A stretch of DNA of 64,000 bases from Escherichia coli (GTDB taxonomy: Bacteria > Pseudomonadota > Gammaproteobacteria > Enterobacterales > Enterobacteriaceae), in the NCBI RefSeq assembly GCF_024298765.1, contig NZ_CP101210.1. One strand, 5' to 3'. A model generated the notes under the pieces. It saw only the letters and a list, made by a program, of their open reading frames with translations. It did no database searches and was not told where the DNA came from. This document shows positions 10,073 through 20,425 of this stretch, one piece after another. Each line of letters begins with the position of its first letter. Position 1 is the first letter of the stretch. The position numbers and the translations under genes are program-made.

Positions 10073-10579
10073 GTGAGTCATATGAAGGCAACCAATATAG
10101 ACCCTCAACTGCTTGAAAAAGCCACGAGTATCTTTGCTGAGTTGGGCTTACCTATTGAGCAGGCTATTAACGTCTTTTTAGCTAAATCCGTTCAAGCCAA
10201 AGGTTTTCCGTTTTCTGTTGCTCTTGAAAATGAAGTAGAGACACGGGAAGTTGCACAAACGCAACACAATATCAGCAATGCAGAGATAACCGAAGCTATC
10301 CAAGACTTGGTTGAACATGCTCTACCACTGAGTGAAATAGAAAACCTCACGCAGCTAACCTATTGTCGCAACATTTTTGGGTTGTCATTCCCCGTGCTCA
10401 AACTGGCTAAATCATCACGGCCAGAAGACATTCGCAGTGCAGCCAAAGATGCCAAAGAGCGAAACCGCTACTCCACCACTAAAGTGGCCCAGCGAGATGA
10501 AAAAACCTATGTTATTTGCACCCAATGGACCGACAGACATCGTTCTGCATTTTGCCGTTGGCAAGCCATCTTTAGCTAG
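10073..10579 (+). CDS. RelB/DinJ-like antitoxin-domain protein with ~100-aa C-terminal extension
   Basis: N-terminal IDPQLLEKATSIFAELGLPIEQAINVFLAKSVQAKGFPFSV resembles DinJ/RelB fold; no toxin ORF adjacent; ends 66 bp before hsdM. Confidence 0.4.
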   Translation: MSHMKATNIDPQLLEKATSIFAELGLPIEQAINVFLAKSVQAKGFPFSVALENEVETREVAQTQHNISNAEITEAIQDLVEHALPLSEIENLTQLTYCRNIFGLSFPVLKLAKSSRPEDIRSAAKDAKERNRYSTTKVAQRDEKTYVICTQWTDRHRSAFCRWQAIFS

Positions 10580-10645
10580 AACGCAAAATAATAACCAAAC
10601 AATACACTGATTTTTTAACGATTTAACTTCATTTAGGTAGTATCA

Positions 10646-12625
10646 ATGAACTTACAAGACAAAGAACAAAGCGCCAAACTCTCCAGTGCTATTTGGCGTA
10701 TGGCAGATGATTTATGGGGTGATTTCAAACACACCGATTTTGCGCGGATTATCCTGCCATTTTTGCTACTGCGTCGTATTGAATGCGTGTTAGAACCCAC
10801 CCGTGAGGAAGTTCGTAAGTTCTATCTGGCCGAAAAACAATCCGGCATAGACCTTGGTTTAGTGTTGCCAGAAATTGCGGGATTCGCCTTTTACAACACC
10901 AGTGAATATAGCCTAGAAACCTTAGGCGCGTCAGACACCGGCGACAACCTAGAACACTACATCAGCCAGTTCAGCAAAAACGTTCGTACCATCTTTGATG
11001 AGTTTAAATTTGGTCAAACCATAGAAGATCTGGAAAAAGCCAAGTTGCTGTATCGCATGGTAAACCATTTTGCCAACCTCGACTTGCATCCTGATGTAGT
11101 GTCTGACCGCGTATTATCAGATGCTTATGAAGAGCTGATTCTAAAGTTCGCCAGTTCGGTTAATGAAAAGGCCGGGGAATTTATGACCCCGCGTGATGCC
11201 GTGCGTCTTGCCACCAAACTGGTGCTGGCGGCGGATGAAGATATCTTTAGTGAAAAGGGTGTGATCCGCACCATCTATGACCCAACCTGTGGCACGGGCG
11301 GTTTCCTTTCCGATGCCATTAGCCAAATTGAAGAAATGGGCAGCAGCGCTAAAGTCGTGCCTTTTGGTCAAGAGCTCGACCCCGCGACCCATGCCATGGC
11401 GCTGACCAATATGATGATCCGCGGTTTTGATGCCAATAACATCAAGCAAGGCAACACCTTATCAGACGATCAGTTACGTGCCGACAAGTTTCACTACGGC
11501 CTTGCCAACCCGCCATTTGGCATTAAGTGGGAAAAAGCCAAGAAAGAAGTAGAACGTGAGCACAAACAGCTCAAATACGCCGGACGCTTTGGGCCAGGCC
11601 TGCCGAGTATTTCTGATGGTTCAATGCTGTTTTTACTGCACTTGGTATCAAAAATGGAAACGCCGGAAAATGGTGGTGGCCGAGTGGGTATAGTCCTTTC
11701 TGGCTCGCCACTGTTTAATGGCGATGCAGGCTCAGGCCCATCAGAAATCCGCCGTTGGCTGCTAGAACAAGACTTAGTCGAAGCGATTGTTGCCCTGCCA
11801 ACCGATATGTTCTTCAACACCGGCATTGGCACCTACATCTGGATTTTGACTAACCATAAAGAGCCAAGACGCAAGAATCAGGTGCAACTGATTAACTTGG
11901 CAGATATTTGGACTCCCATGCGTAAATCGCAAGGCGATAAGCGCAAGTACCTGAGTGATGAACAGATTGACGATATTGTCCGTGCGTACGATGGCTTTGA
12001 AGCCAGTGACAACTGTAAGATCTTCCAGACTACTGATTTTGCCTACCGTAAAGTCACCATTCAGCGTCCACTGCGTGCCAAACTAGATATTACCGCTGCG
12101 GGCATTGCTGCATTTGTGCAGCAAGATACGTTTAAAAAACTCAAACCAGAGCAACAAGCGGCATGGGTACAATACCTCACCGATAACCTTGGCCTTCAGC
12201 CTTATGAATGGGCACGTTTGGCGGTTAAGAAGAATAACAATAAGGGTGACTTTGGTAAGTGCTCAAAAGCACTGGCTACGGCCTTAACTGCGCACTTTGT
12301 AAAAATTGATCCGCAATTTGAGCCTGCACTGGATGAAAAAGGCCAAGTGATCGCCGACCCTAAACTCAAAGACACCGAAAGCATTCCTTTTGACCGCGAC
12401 GTTGAAGATTACTTCGCACAAGAGGTGCTGCCACATGTACCGGATGCCTTTATTGATCACTCAGTGCGTGATGAAAAAGACGGCGAAGTGGGCATTGTCG
12501 GTTATGAAATTAACTTTAACCGCTATTTCTACCAATACGTGCCACCACGCGAGTTGAGTGTGATTGATCGTGAGCTAAAAGCATGTGAAGCGCGCATTCA
12601 GGCTCTGCTGAATGAGGTGGCGTAA
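10646..12625 (+). CDS. hsdM: Type I restriction-modification methyltransferase subunit HsdM
   Basis: 659 aa; motifs FMTPR, DPTCGTGGFL (SAM binding), NPPFG (catalytic); stop overlaps hsdS start (TAATG). Confidence 0.9.
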   Translation: MNLQDKEQSAKLSSAIWRMADDLWGDFKHTDFARIILPFLLLRRIECVLEPTREEVRKFYLAEKQSGIDLGLVLPEIAGFAFYNTSEYSLETLGASDTGDNLEHYISQFSKNVRTIFDEFKFGQTIEDLEKAKLLYRMVNHFANLDLHPDVVSDRVLSDAYEELILKFASSVNEKAGEFMTPRDAVRLATKLVLAADEDIFSEKGVIRTIYDPTCGTGGFLSDAISQIEEMGSSAKVVPFGQELDPATHAMALTNMMIRGFDANNIKQGNTLSDDQLRADKFHYGLANPPFGIKWEKAKKEVEREHKQLKYAGRFGPGLPSISDGSMLFLLHLVSKMETPENGGGRVGIVLSGSPLFNGDAGSGPSEIRRWLLEQDLVEAIVALPTDMFFNTGIGTYIWILTNHKEPRRKNQVQLINLADIWTPMRKSQGDKRKYLSDEQIDDIVRAYDGFEASDNCKIFQTTDFAYRKVTIQRPLRAKLDITAAGIAAFVQQDTFKKLKPEQQAAWVQYLTDNLGLQPYEWARLAVKKNNNKGDFGKCSKALATALTAHFVKIDPQFEPALDEKGQVIADPKLKDTESIPFDRDVEDYFAQEVLPHVPDAFIDHSVRDEKDGEVGIVGYEINFNRYFYQYVPPRELSVIDRELKACEARIQALLNEVA

Positions 12626-13911
12626 TGAATGCTGGCAACATAGTAGATGCTTTCGTATCTGACTCGAAATGGAACTCAGTACCAGCTAAACGTTTATTTA
12701 CGAGTAGCAAAGAAATCAATCAAGGAATGAAAGAATCTAATCGTCTTGCACTAACAATGAAAGGTGTCATAAACCGCTCGTTAGACGATTTACAAGGACT
12801 TCAATCTTCTGATTACTCTGTTTATCAGATTTTTGAAAAAGATGACTTAGTTTTTAAGCTCATAGATCTTGAAAATATAAAGACTAGCCGAGTGGGGATT
12901 GTGCATGAACGAGGAATAATGAGCCCTGCATACATCCGTGTTTCAGCGAGTTCAAATAGCATCTACCCAAGGTTCTATTACTGGTACTTTTTTGCTCTAT
13001 ACCTAACCAATATTTATAACAAACTGGGTGGAGGAGTTCGTCAGAACCTAACAGCTGGTGATCTTTTAGAAATACCTGTTCCACTGATTGATATTTCATT
13101 ACAGAAGCAGGTTAGCACATTCCTTGATCGCGAAACCCAGCGCATCGACAGTCTGATCGAGGAAAAGCAGACCTTTATTAAGCTGCTCAAAGAAAAACGC
13201 CAAGCACTGATCAGCCATGTGGTCACAAAGGGGCTCTATCCCAATGTGGAGATGCAGGACTCTGGCATCGAGTGGATTGGGCAAGTGCCGAAGCATTGGG
13301 AAGTCAAAAAGATAAAGCATATTTGCTCCAACTTTATGTATGGAACCTCTCAAGACTGTAACCAGTCTGATGTTGGCTATCCTGTTCTCAGGATACCAAA
13401 CATCAAGAGTACCAATGTTGATTTTGAAGATCTCAAATATGCAAATATCAGTGATGTTGATGCTTTAACTTATCTTTTATCAAGAGGCGACATTTTAGTC
13501 ATCAGAACTAACGGTAACCCTAATCTGGTCGGCCAAAGCGCGCTTTTTGATTCAAATGGGCAGTATTTATTTGCGTCGTACCTAATAAAGTTAACACCAA
13601 AGCAAGGAGTGGATACTAGCTTCTTAGTGGAAGCGATGAACTCACTATCTGTTCGTCAAGCATTAACATTTCAGTCAAGAACATCGGTAGGTAACTACAA
13701 CCTGAGCATTCCTTCACTAGCTAATACAAGTATTGCTATCCCACCAATTGATGAGCAAAAGACAATAACGAATTACTTGAGTGCAGCAACGATAAACATT
13801 GATTTACTGATTCAAGAGACTGATAAATCGATTGATCTTCTAAAAGAACACCGCACATCGCTGATCAACGCGGCTGTCACAGGAAAAATAGACGTCAGGG
13901 AGGCGGTGTAA
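12625..13911 (+). CDS. hsdS: Type I restriction-modification specificity subunit HsdS
   Basis: 428 aa; two variable target-recognition regions separated by conserved central (ETQRIDSLIEEKQTFIKLLKEKRQALI) and C-terminal repeats; TAATG overlaps on both sides. Confidence 0.85.
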   Translation: MNAGNIVDAFVSDSKWNSVPAKRLFTSSKEINQGMKESNRLALTMKGVINRSLDDLQGLQSSDYSVYQIFEKDDLVFKLIDLENIKTSRVGIVHERGIMSPAYIRVSASSNSIYPRFYYWYFFALYLTNIYNKLGGGVRQNLTAGDLLEIPVPLIDISLQKQVSTFLDRETQRIDSLIEEKQTFIKLLKEKRQALISHVVTKGLYPNVEMQDSGIEWIGQVPKHWEVKKIKHICSNFMYGTSQDCNQSDVGYPVLRIPNIKSTNVDFEDLKYANISDVDALTYLLSRGDILVIRTNGNPNLVGQSALFDSNGQYLFASYLIKLTPKQGVDTSFLVEAMNSLSVRQALTFQSRTSVGNYNLSIPSLANTSIAIPPIDEQKTITNYLSAATINIDLLIQETDKSIDLLKEHRTSLINAAVTGKIDVREAV

Positions 13912-16900
13912 TGGCTGCACATCATGAAGTGCATTTTGAACAATATATTACCGAGCAGTTGGTGAACAATGGCTGGAAAGAAGGCCATTCCTGCCACTAT
14001 GACCAGCAACGCGCCCTTTACCCGCAAGATGTCATGGATTGGGTAAAGGCCACCCAGCCAGATGCCTGGCACAAACTGAATAAACTGCATGGTGTGAATG
14101 CCGAGCAGGTGCTGTTGGAGCGTTTGGAAAAAGCCCTCTCTTCCCACAAAGCTGGCAGTAAAACAGGTGGCACCATTAATGTGCTGCGTAAAGGCTTTAC
14201 CATTGCAGGTTGCGGCACGATTGCCATGGGCCAACGCAAACCCGAAGATGCGCGCAATGAAGAGCGTATAGCCCGTTATGAGCACAACATTTTGCGCGTG
14301 GTGCGCCAACTGAAATATTGCCCGACTCGCGAGTGGGAAATTGACTTGGTGTTCTTTATCAACGGTCTACCCGTTGCCACCGCCGAGCTAAAAACCGATT
14401 TTACCCAGTCGCTAGAATCGGCGATTGCGCAGTACAAAGAGGATCGTCTGCCCGTTGACCCAAAAACCAAGCGTAAAGAGCCGCTGTTAACCTTTAAACG
14501 CGGTGCAGTGGTACATTTTGCCATGTCTGATACAGAAATCGCCATGGCGACCAAACTGGCGGGAGAAAATACCTATTTTCTGCCCTTCAATAAAGGCCAT
14601 GATGGTTCTACCTCTGATTTGCCCGTACACATCAACTTGCCGGGTGAAGATGGAGAGTATCCGGTCAGCTATTTTTGGCAAGAAATTGCCCAAAAAGATA
14701 ATTGGCTACGCATTTTCTACAGCTTTGTGTATGTCGAAACCAAAGAGGTTGCCGATAGCAATGGCAAGGTTGAGCGTAAGGAAACACAGATTTTTCCGCG
14801 TTATCATCAGTTAGCCGCAGTCAACAAGATGATTGATGATGCCCGCCAGAACGGCGCAGGCATGCAGTATCTTTGTGAGCACAGCGCCGGTTCGGGAAAA
14901 ACCTCTACCATAGCCTGGACGGCCCATGATTTGATTCGTTTACGCAGCACCGATGGTAAAGCGGTCTTTAAATCAGTGATCATTGTGACCGACCGCACCG
15001 TGCTGGATTCGCAGTTGCAAGATGCGGTGCAACAGCTGGATCATCAATATGGGGTGATTAAGGCGATTGATCGCGAAAAGAGCAGCGAGTCGAAATCAAA
15101 ACAGCTGACTGAAGCGCTATTGACTGGCACGCCGATCATTGTAGTGACGATTCAAACCTTCCCATATGCGTTAGAAGCGATTCTGACCAATCAATCTTTG
15201 GCACAAAGTAACTTTGCGGTGATCATCGATGAAGCACACACCTCGCAAACAGGCTCTACAGCCAAAGGGTTACGCGCAGCGCTTACTCTAAACCTTAGCC
15301 CTCAAGAGTTGGAGCAAATGAGCATTGAGGACATTCTTACTAAGGTGCAAGAAGCGCGCGCCATGCCCAAGAACGTTTCGCACTTTGCTTTTACGGCAAC
15401 ACCCAAGCACAGCACCAAGATGTTGTTTGGCCGCCCGAAAGACCCTAACCAACCAGTGTCAGATGACAATCTTCCTGAATCGTTCCACCTCTACACCCAA
15501 CGTCAGGCCATTGATGAGGGTTTTATTCTTGATGTGCTGGAGAATTACACCCACTACGATACAGCCTACAAAATTGGTGAGAACAATCTGGATGAGAAGC
15601 GCGTAGACAGCAAACAAGCTCGCCGCGCGTTGGCGCGCTGGATGTCACTGCACCCAACCACGGTCAGCCAAAAAGTCGAATTTATTATTAAGCACTTCAA
15701 GGCCAATATCGCTCACCTACTGGAAGGTGAAGCCAAAGCCATGGTGGTCACATCGGGCAGGCCACAGGCGGTGAAATACAAGCTTGCTTTTGATAAATAC
15801 ATTAAAAAGCATGGTATTGAAGGTATCCAAGCCTTGGTTGCCTTCTCGGGCAAAGTCCCCGGCAAAGATTTGGGTGATGAAGACAGCCAAGACCCGCTAG
15901 AAATTGATTTCGATAAAGAGTACACCGAGTACAACTTAAACCCAGACACGCACGGGGCTGACCTGCGCCATGAGTTTGAGAAAACCGAATATCGCGTCAT
16001 GTTAGTCGCCAACAAGTTCCAAACGGGCTTTAATCAACCAAAACTGGTTGCCATGTATTTGGATAAGAAAATATCCGATGTAGAAGCGGTGCAAACGCTG
16101 TCTCGCCTAAACCGCACCTATCCAGGCAAAGACACAACCTTCGTGATTGATTTTGTTAACGATCCACAAACCATTCTCAATGCGTTCAAAAAGTACGACA
16201 AAGGCGCGCAGCTTAATGAAGTGCAAGATGTGAACGTCATCTATGACATCAAAGATATTTTGGATGAACAGAACATATACAACCATCAAGATTTAGAGTT
16301 GTTTAAGCAAGCGCGTGGTAAATCGATTCTCGGCCAATCACCTGACAAAAAGCCACACGCGCACAAGAAACTGCTAGCTGCCACACAACGCCCTACCGAT
16401 GTGTTCAACGTTAAGCTCAAAGAGCTGGTTGATGCTGCAAACCATTGGGATCAGCAATACAACAAAGCGCACCTTGCGGGTGATGAAAAAGCGGCGAACT
16501 ACGCAGAATCTCAGCGCAGTGATTTCACCAAGCAGCGCGAAGCACTAATGCGTTTTAAGTCAGATTTAGCTCGATTTGTGAAGCACTATAGCTATATGGC
16601 GCAATTGATTGAGTTTGGTGATCCTGAACTGGAAAACTTTGCCGCGTTTGCTCATTTGCTATCACGTCGATTGAAAGGGGTAACACCAGAAAACATCGAT
16701 CTCAGTGCACTGGTACTAGAAAAATTCAAAATCAAATACGACAAAGAGCCGCTTCCAGAAGCGTTTAATCAGGTACTTGAACCTATCCGCCCCAACTATA
16801 ACGACCCTGCGGATCGTGAACAGGCATTTCTTGCCGATATCATTCGCCGCCTAAACGAACTGTTTGGCGATGTCGGCGACGAACCCGGTCGCCGAAACTT

Positions 16901-17147
16901 TGCCAACGGTACTATTACGCGTGTCACCCAAAATCCAATTGTGGTTGAGCAGATAGAAAAGCACGACAAGTCGATTGCCCTCAAAGGCGACTTGCCGCAA
17001 GCGGTGAAGCAAGCCGTTGTGCAGGCTCTGCTGAAAGAAGGTGATATAGCCCGAACGCTACTCAAAGACCCACAAGTTATGGCAAGTTATGTTGAGTTGA
17101 TTTTTGACATGATGAAGCAAGGTGCAGAACAGGCGGCGGTGAAATAA
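13911..17147 (+). CDS. hsdR: Type I restriction enzyme endonuclease/helicase subunit HsdR
   Basis: 1078 aa; Walker A GSGKTST and DEAH box (VIIDEAHTSQ); GGGAGG RBS; TAATG overlap with hsdS and with downstream gene. Confidence 0.9.
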   Translation: MAAHHEVHFEQYITEQLVNNGWKEGHSCHYDQQRALYPQDVMDWVKATQPDAWHKLNKLHGVNAEQVLLERLEKALSSHKAGSKTGGTINVLRKGFTIAGCGTIAMGQRKPEDARNEERIARYEHNILRVVRQLKYCPTREWEIDLVFFINGLPVATAELKTDFTQSLESAIAQYKEDRLPVDPKTKRKEPLLTFKRGAVVHFAMSDTEIAMATKLAGENTYFLPFNKGHDGSTSDLPVHINLPGEDGEYPVSYFWQEIAQKDNWLRIFYSFVYVETKEVADSNGKVERKETQIFPRYHQLAAVNKMIDDARQNGAGMQYLCEHSAGSGKTSTIAWTAHDLIRLRSTDGKAVFKSVIIVTDRTVLDSQLQDAVQQLDHQYGVIKAIDREKSSESKSKQLTEALLTGTPIIVVTIQTFPYALEAILTNQSLAQSNFAVIIDEAHTSQTGSTAKGLRAALTLNLSPQELEQMSIEDILTKVQEARAMPKNVSHFAFTATPKHSTKMLFGRPKDPNQPVSDDNLPESFHLYTQRQAIDEGFILDVLENYTHYDTAYKIGENNLDEKRVDSKQARRALARWMSLHPTTVSQKVEFIIKHFKANIAHLLEGEAKAMVVTSGRPQAVKYKLAFDKYIKKHGIEGIQALVAFSGKVPGKDLGDEDSQDPLEIDFDKEYTEYNLNPDTHGADLRHEFEKTEYRVMLVANKFQTGFNQPKLVAMYLDKKISDVEAVQTLSRLNRTYPGKDTTFVIDFVNDPQTILNAFKKYDKGAQLNEVQDVNVIYDIKDILDEQNIYNHQDLELFKQARGKSILGQSPDKKPHAHKKLLAATQRPTDVFNVKLKELVDAANHWDQQYNKAHLAGDEKAANYAESQRSDFTKQREALMRFKSDLARFVKHYSYMAQLIEFGDPELENFAAFAHLLSRRLKGVTPENIDLSALVLEKFKIKYDKEPLPEAFNQVLEPIRPNYNDPADREQAFLADIIRRLNELFGDVGDEPGRRNFANGTITRVTQNPIVVEQIEKHDKSIALKGDLPQAVKQAVVQALLKEGDIARTLLKDPQVMASYVELIFDMMKQGAEQAAVK

Positions 17148-17701
17148 TGAATACTGCGTTTCGGGTTTTACTTACGTTCAATGCAACATCACTACTAGTG
17201 ATTATCTTTGCGGTACAAAAAGGGTACTCACTCGGATATTTCTTTGGTGGTTTCGCTTGCTTCGATTGGATAGCAGCACTTCCGAACGCAGTATCATATT
17301 TACTCTATTTTCTTATCCCTGTTTTATCGACTGGATTGAGTATTTGGCTGAGTAAGTATTTGGGTAAAGACGATTTTAAGGCGGGTGAAGTAGCGAGTAT
17401 TGAGCATGCCAATAACAGCTTCCTACCAAGTTATTTGGGTTACTTTTTCGTGGCGTTGAGCATTGGTAACTGGGAGACATTGTGGTTTGTTTATGGCGTT
17501 TTGTTTGTTTTTACTCTCTTATCGCAAGCACTCTACTTTAACCCATTGTTTTTACTGTTTGGTTATGAGTTTTATAACATTACAACCAAAAACGGAACGG
17601 CCATTTTCCTTATTAGCCGAGAGCGCTACAAGAAGCCAGATGACATCGAAATATCATTGGCTTATCGAATCAATAATTACACATTTATCGAGCGAGGATA
17701 A
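17147..17701 (+). CDS. small integral membrane protein (about 4 predicted TM helices), translationally coupled to hsdR; KwaA-like candidate
   Basis: 184 aa; hydrophobic segments LLVIIFAV, YLLYFLIPVLSTGLSIWL, YLGYFFVALSI, LWFVYGVLFVFTLL; start overlaps hsdR stop (TAATG); visibly more AT-rich than hsdR. Confidence 0.6.
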   Translation: MNTAFRVLLTFNATSLLVIIFAVQKGYSLGYFFGGFACFDWIAALPNAVSYLLYFLIPVLSTGLSIWLSKYLGKDDFKAGEVASIEHANNSFLPSYLGYFFVALSIGNWETLWFVYGVLFVFTLLSQALYFNPLFLLFGYEFYNITTKNGTAIFLISRERYKKPDDIEISLAYRINNYTFIERG

Positions 17702-18543
17702 TGATGGACCATGTACTGGCACATATAAAAACTAGAGCAAAAAAACGCATTTTCAAATTGGTTTCTGATCAATCTCTTTTTGATACCGTCACAATCGACT
17801 TAAATGCCTGTATTCCATACAATCCAGACCATAACCTTGACGAAGACTCATGGTTTAAAATTGAAGACTTTAGTCAAAAAGAGTTTTGTATTGAACTGCT
17901 AAAAAAAGACTATGATTCAAAAGACTACGATGACTTAACCAAAGATAACTTCGCCAAGATCGCCTACTTATTTGCAATTCAAGGTAATGATTTTTACTTT
18001 CAAAAAATCACTCCAAGCCTATTCGTAAAACGCAAAACGCTTGTTTTTGGTGAAGCCGCAGAAATTGAGAAGAGCCAAACACGTTTAGTAATAAACGCCT
18101 TACCTGATGCAGTGTACTTCAAAGTGGCCGATACCTTGATATTCAAAAATCTGGCAACGATCTCGAGCATTTTTAAAGGTATCGATGAGTTGTACAAGGA
18201 AGCAACAAAAGAAGAAGTTGAGCAGTTTTTAGATGCACAGTTTATAGAGTTGGGTAATGACTACAACGTAGATAGCGTCTCAAAACCTAATAGAAAACGT
18301 ATTGGCCTTGCTATGGCAACACTTGATGCGATGTCTGCTGACGATAAAGCTAACATGCTTGATTATATCGACGGTTACTGCGGTGAACAGAAGCTGAAAT
18401 TCGATAAAGAAAATCAGAAGTTTGAAATATCTAATGACGATGAGTTGAAGTTACTGCTTTATGGCATTGAACAACGCTTCTATACGACCCCGTTTGGCAA
18501 AGAAAAAAGGCTCGCTAACTCTGTAACCGCTATGGATAAATAA
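17701..18543 (+). CDS. hypothetical acidic cytoplasmic protein, coupled to the membrane protein; KwaB-like candidate
   Basis: 280 aa, no TM segments, GAGG RBS, start overlaps upstream stop (TAATG); family not recognised by eye. Confidence 0.6.
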   Translation: MMDHVLAHIKTRAKKRIFKLVSDQSLFDTVTIDLNACIPYNPDHNLDEDSWFKIEDFSQKEFCIELLKKDYDSKDYDDLTKDNFAKIAYLFAIQGNDFYFQKITPSLFVKRKTLVFGEAAEIEKSQTRLVINALPDAVYFKVADTLIFKNLATISSIFKGIDELYKEATKEEVEQFLDAQFIELGNDYNVDSVSKPNRKRIGLAMATLDAMSADDKANMLDYIDGYCGEQKLKFDKENQKFEISNDDELKLLLYGIEQRFYTTPFGKEKRLANSVTAMDK

Positions 18544-18563
18544 TAGCCCATTATCAGTAACAT

Positions 18564-19613
18564 ATGAAGGTTGATTCAATGGCCGATAACATCCCACAAG
18601 CTCCTCAAGGTGAGTTTGTTCTTTTCACCAGTGCTGATGGTCAAACCCGCGTTGAGTGTCGTTTTGAGTCTGACACCTTGTGGCTTTCTCAGGCTGCAAT
18701 GGCAGAGCTTTATCAAGTTAGCTCTCAAGCAATCACCCAACACGTAAAAGCTGTCTATTCTGAAGAAGAGCTTGAGCAAATTTCAACTTGTAAGGATTAC
18801 TTACAAGTTCAACTGGAAGGTGGCAGAGAAGTAAAGCGAAGCATTCGTCACTACAGTCTTCCGGTTATTCTTGCAGTAGGATACCGAGTTCGCTCAACAC
18901 GTGGCACCCAGTTCCGCCAATGGGCAACCAGAATGTTGCAAGAATACCTAATCAAAGGATTCGTCATGGATGACGAGCGCCTGAAAAATCCGCCCATTGG
19001 CCATTCTGCTGTGCCAGATTACTTTGATGAAATGCTGGAACGCATTCGTGATATCCGAGCTAGTGAGCGTCGCGTTTATCTGCGAGTCAAAGAAATCTTT
19101 ACCATGGCTGCTGATTACGAGCCATCTAACCAAGAGACCAACCGCTTCTTCCAAACCATTCAGAATAAGCTGCATTATGCTTGTACGCATATGACGGCTG
19201 CTGAGCTTATCGCCAGCCGTGTGGATGCCAGTAAGCCGGATATGGGCTTAACCAGCTATAAAGGCGATGAAGTGCGCAAGACAGACGTTACTGTTGCCAA
19301 GAACTATTTGCGTGAAGACGAAATCAAAGAGCTTAATCGCATCGTCAATATGTGGCTCGACTTTGCTGAAGACCAAGCACTGCGTCGCAAGCAGGTATTT
19401 TTACAGGACTGGGCCGATAAGCTTGACCAGTTCTTGAGTTTTAACGATAGAGATGTATTAAACGGTGCAGGAAAAATCTCCAAGAAAGACGCTGATGACA
19501 AAGCGAAATTGGAGTTTGACCGCTTTGCCCAGCAGCGCCGTCGTTTAAAAGAAGCCGAAGGCGCACGGGCCAATATCGCAGCCCTCAAGGCCATACTAAA
19601 AAAAGATAAATAG
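18564..19613 (+). CDS. rhuM: RhuM-family protein
   Basis: 349 aa; sequence recalled as RhuM family, often found beside Type I RM loci; likely true start at ATG 18579 (GAAGG RBS). Confidence 0.55.
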   Translation: MKVDSMADNIPQAPQGEFVLFTSADGQTRVECRFESDTLWLSQAAMAELYQVSSQAITQHVKAVYSEEELEQISTCKDYLQVQLEGGREVKRSIRHYSLPVILAVGYRVRSTRGTQFRQWATRMLQEYLIKGFVMDDERLKNPPIGHSAVPDYFDEMLERIRDIRASERRVYLRVKEIFTMAADYEPSNQETNRFFQTIQNKLHYACTHMTAAELIASRVDASKPDMGLTSYKGDEVRKTDVTVAKNYLREDEIKELNRIVNMWLDFAEDQALRRKQVFLQDWADKLDQFLSFNDRDVLNGAGKISKKDADDKAKLEFDRFAQQRRRLKEAEGARANIAALKAILKKDK

Positions 19614-19670
19614 CCGATATAGTACAGCCCTGATCTCTAATGAGTTGAGGGCTGTGTTGTAAGATCATAA

Positions 19671-20347
19671 CTATAAAGGATTATCCATCTTAAAATCGTC
19701 GATATCGCCTGTCATTTTGAATAGATTGGTGTCATTCCAACGGCACAGTTGTCTAACCCGCATTAGATTTGAGTTGGCTCTGCGGATTATTGAGAAAGCA
19801 TCTTCAACAGCAGTAATCACCGATTTTTCCCAATCTTGTGCTCGGGTAAAGGTGCTTTGTGAATAGCGATAATTGCCCTCACGGGGGAGGTAATGGCTGA
19901 TCACCTGGTATTTGTCAGAATTCTTTTTAGGTTTAAACTCGTTGTAAACCCAGAAAATTTCGAGTTTTTTGTTTCTTTGCCTTACACGACAACCAAAATG
20001 ACCTGGGTAGCCTTCAGAGTTTTTACCTCTATGTGCAACGTTGTTCAGCCAGAACAAGTCTGCAATTTTTTGTGCTATGTAGAAGTAGCGGAGCTGTTCT
20101 ATTTCGGTTGATTTATGGGTGTAGTGTAGATATTGCTCTGATATGGTTAAGGAAAAAGCATTGCGTCGTCTTGATTAACATTTGTGCTATTGACAATAAA
20201 GGTTTCCCAAATATTAATTTGTGTTTCTAGTCCTTTAAATGATTTTGAGAAGGCTTCTATGTACTCAGATTGCGGTTGATTTCCCCCATTTAGTGCTGCA
20301 CCAAATGTAGCTATCTATTGTTCTAAAAATGAATGATTTTTGGTCAT
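19671..20347 (-). pseudogene. disrupted gene of unknown function (at least three frame segments)
   Basis: 128-aa ORF has no in-frame ATG at its 5-prime end and is open upstream; two more open segments in other frames up to an ATG near 20347. Confidence 0.4.
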
Positions 20348-20425
20348 TACATAATCCTCTGTGTGGTTGATACTGCGTATTTTCATGAAAGGAGATCACT
20401 CAATAACCCCCCTGTGTCAGCATAG

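Noticed and set aside
13812-14309. 165-aa minus-strand ORF
   Set aside because: Antisense within the start of hsdR, which has clear helicase motifs.
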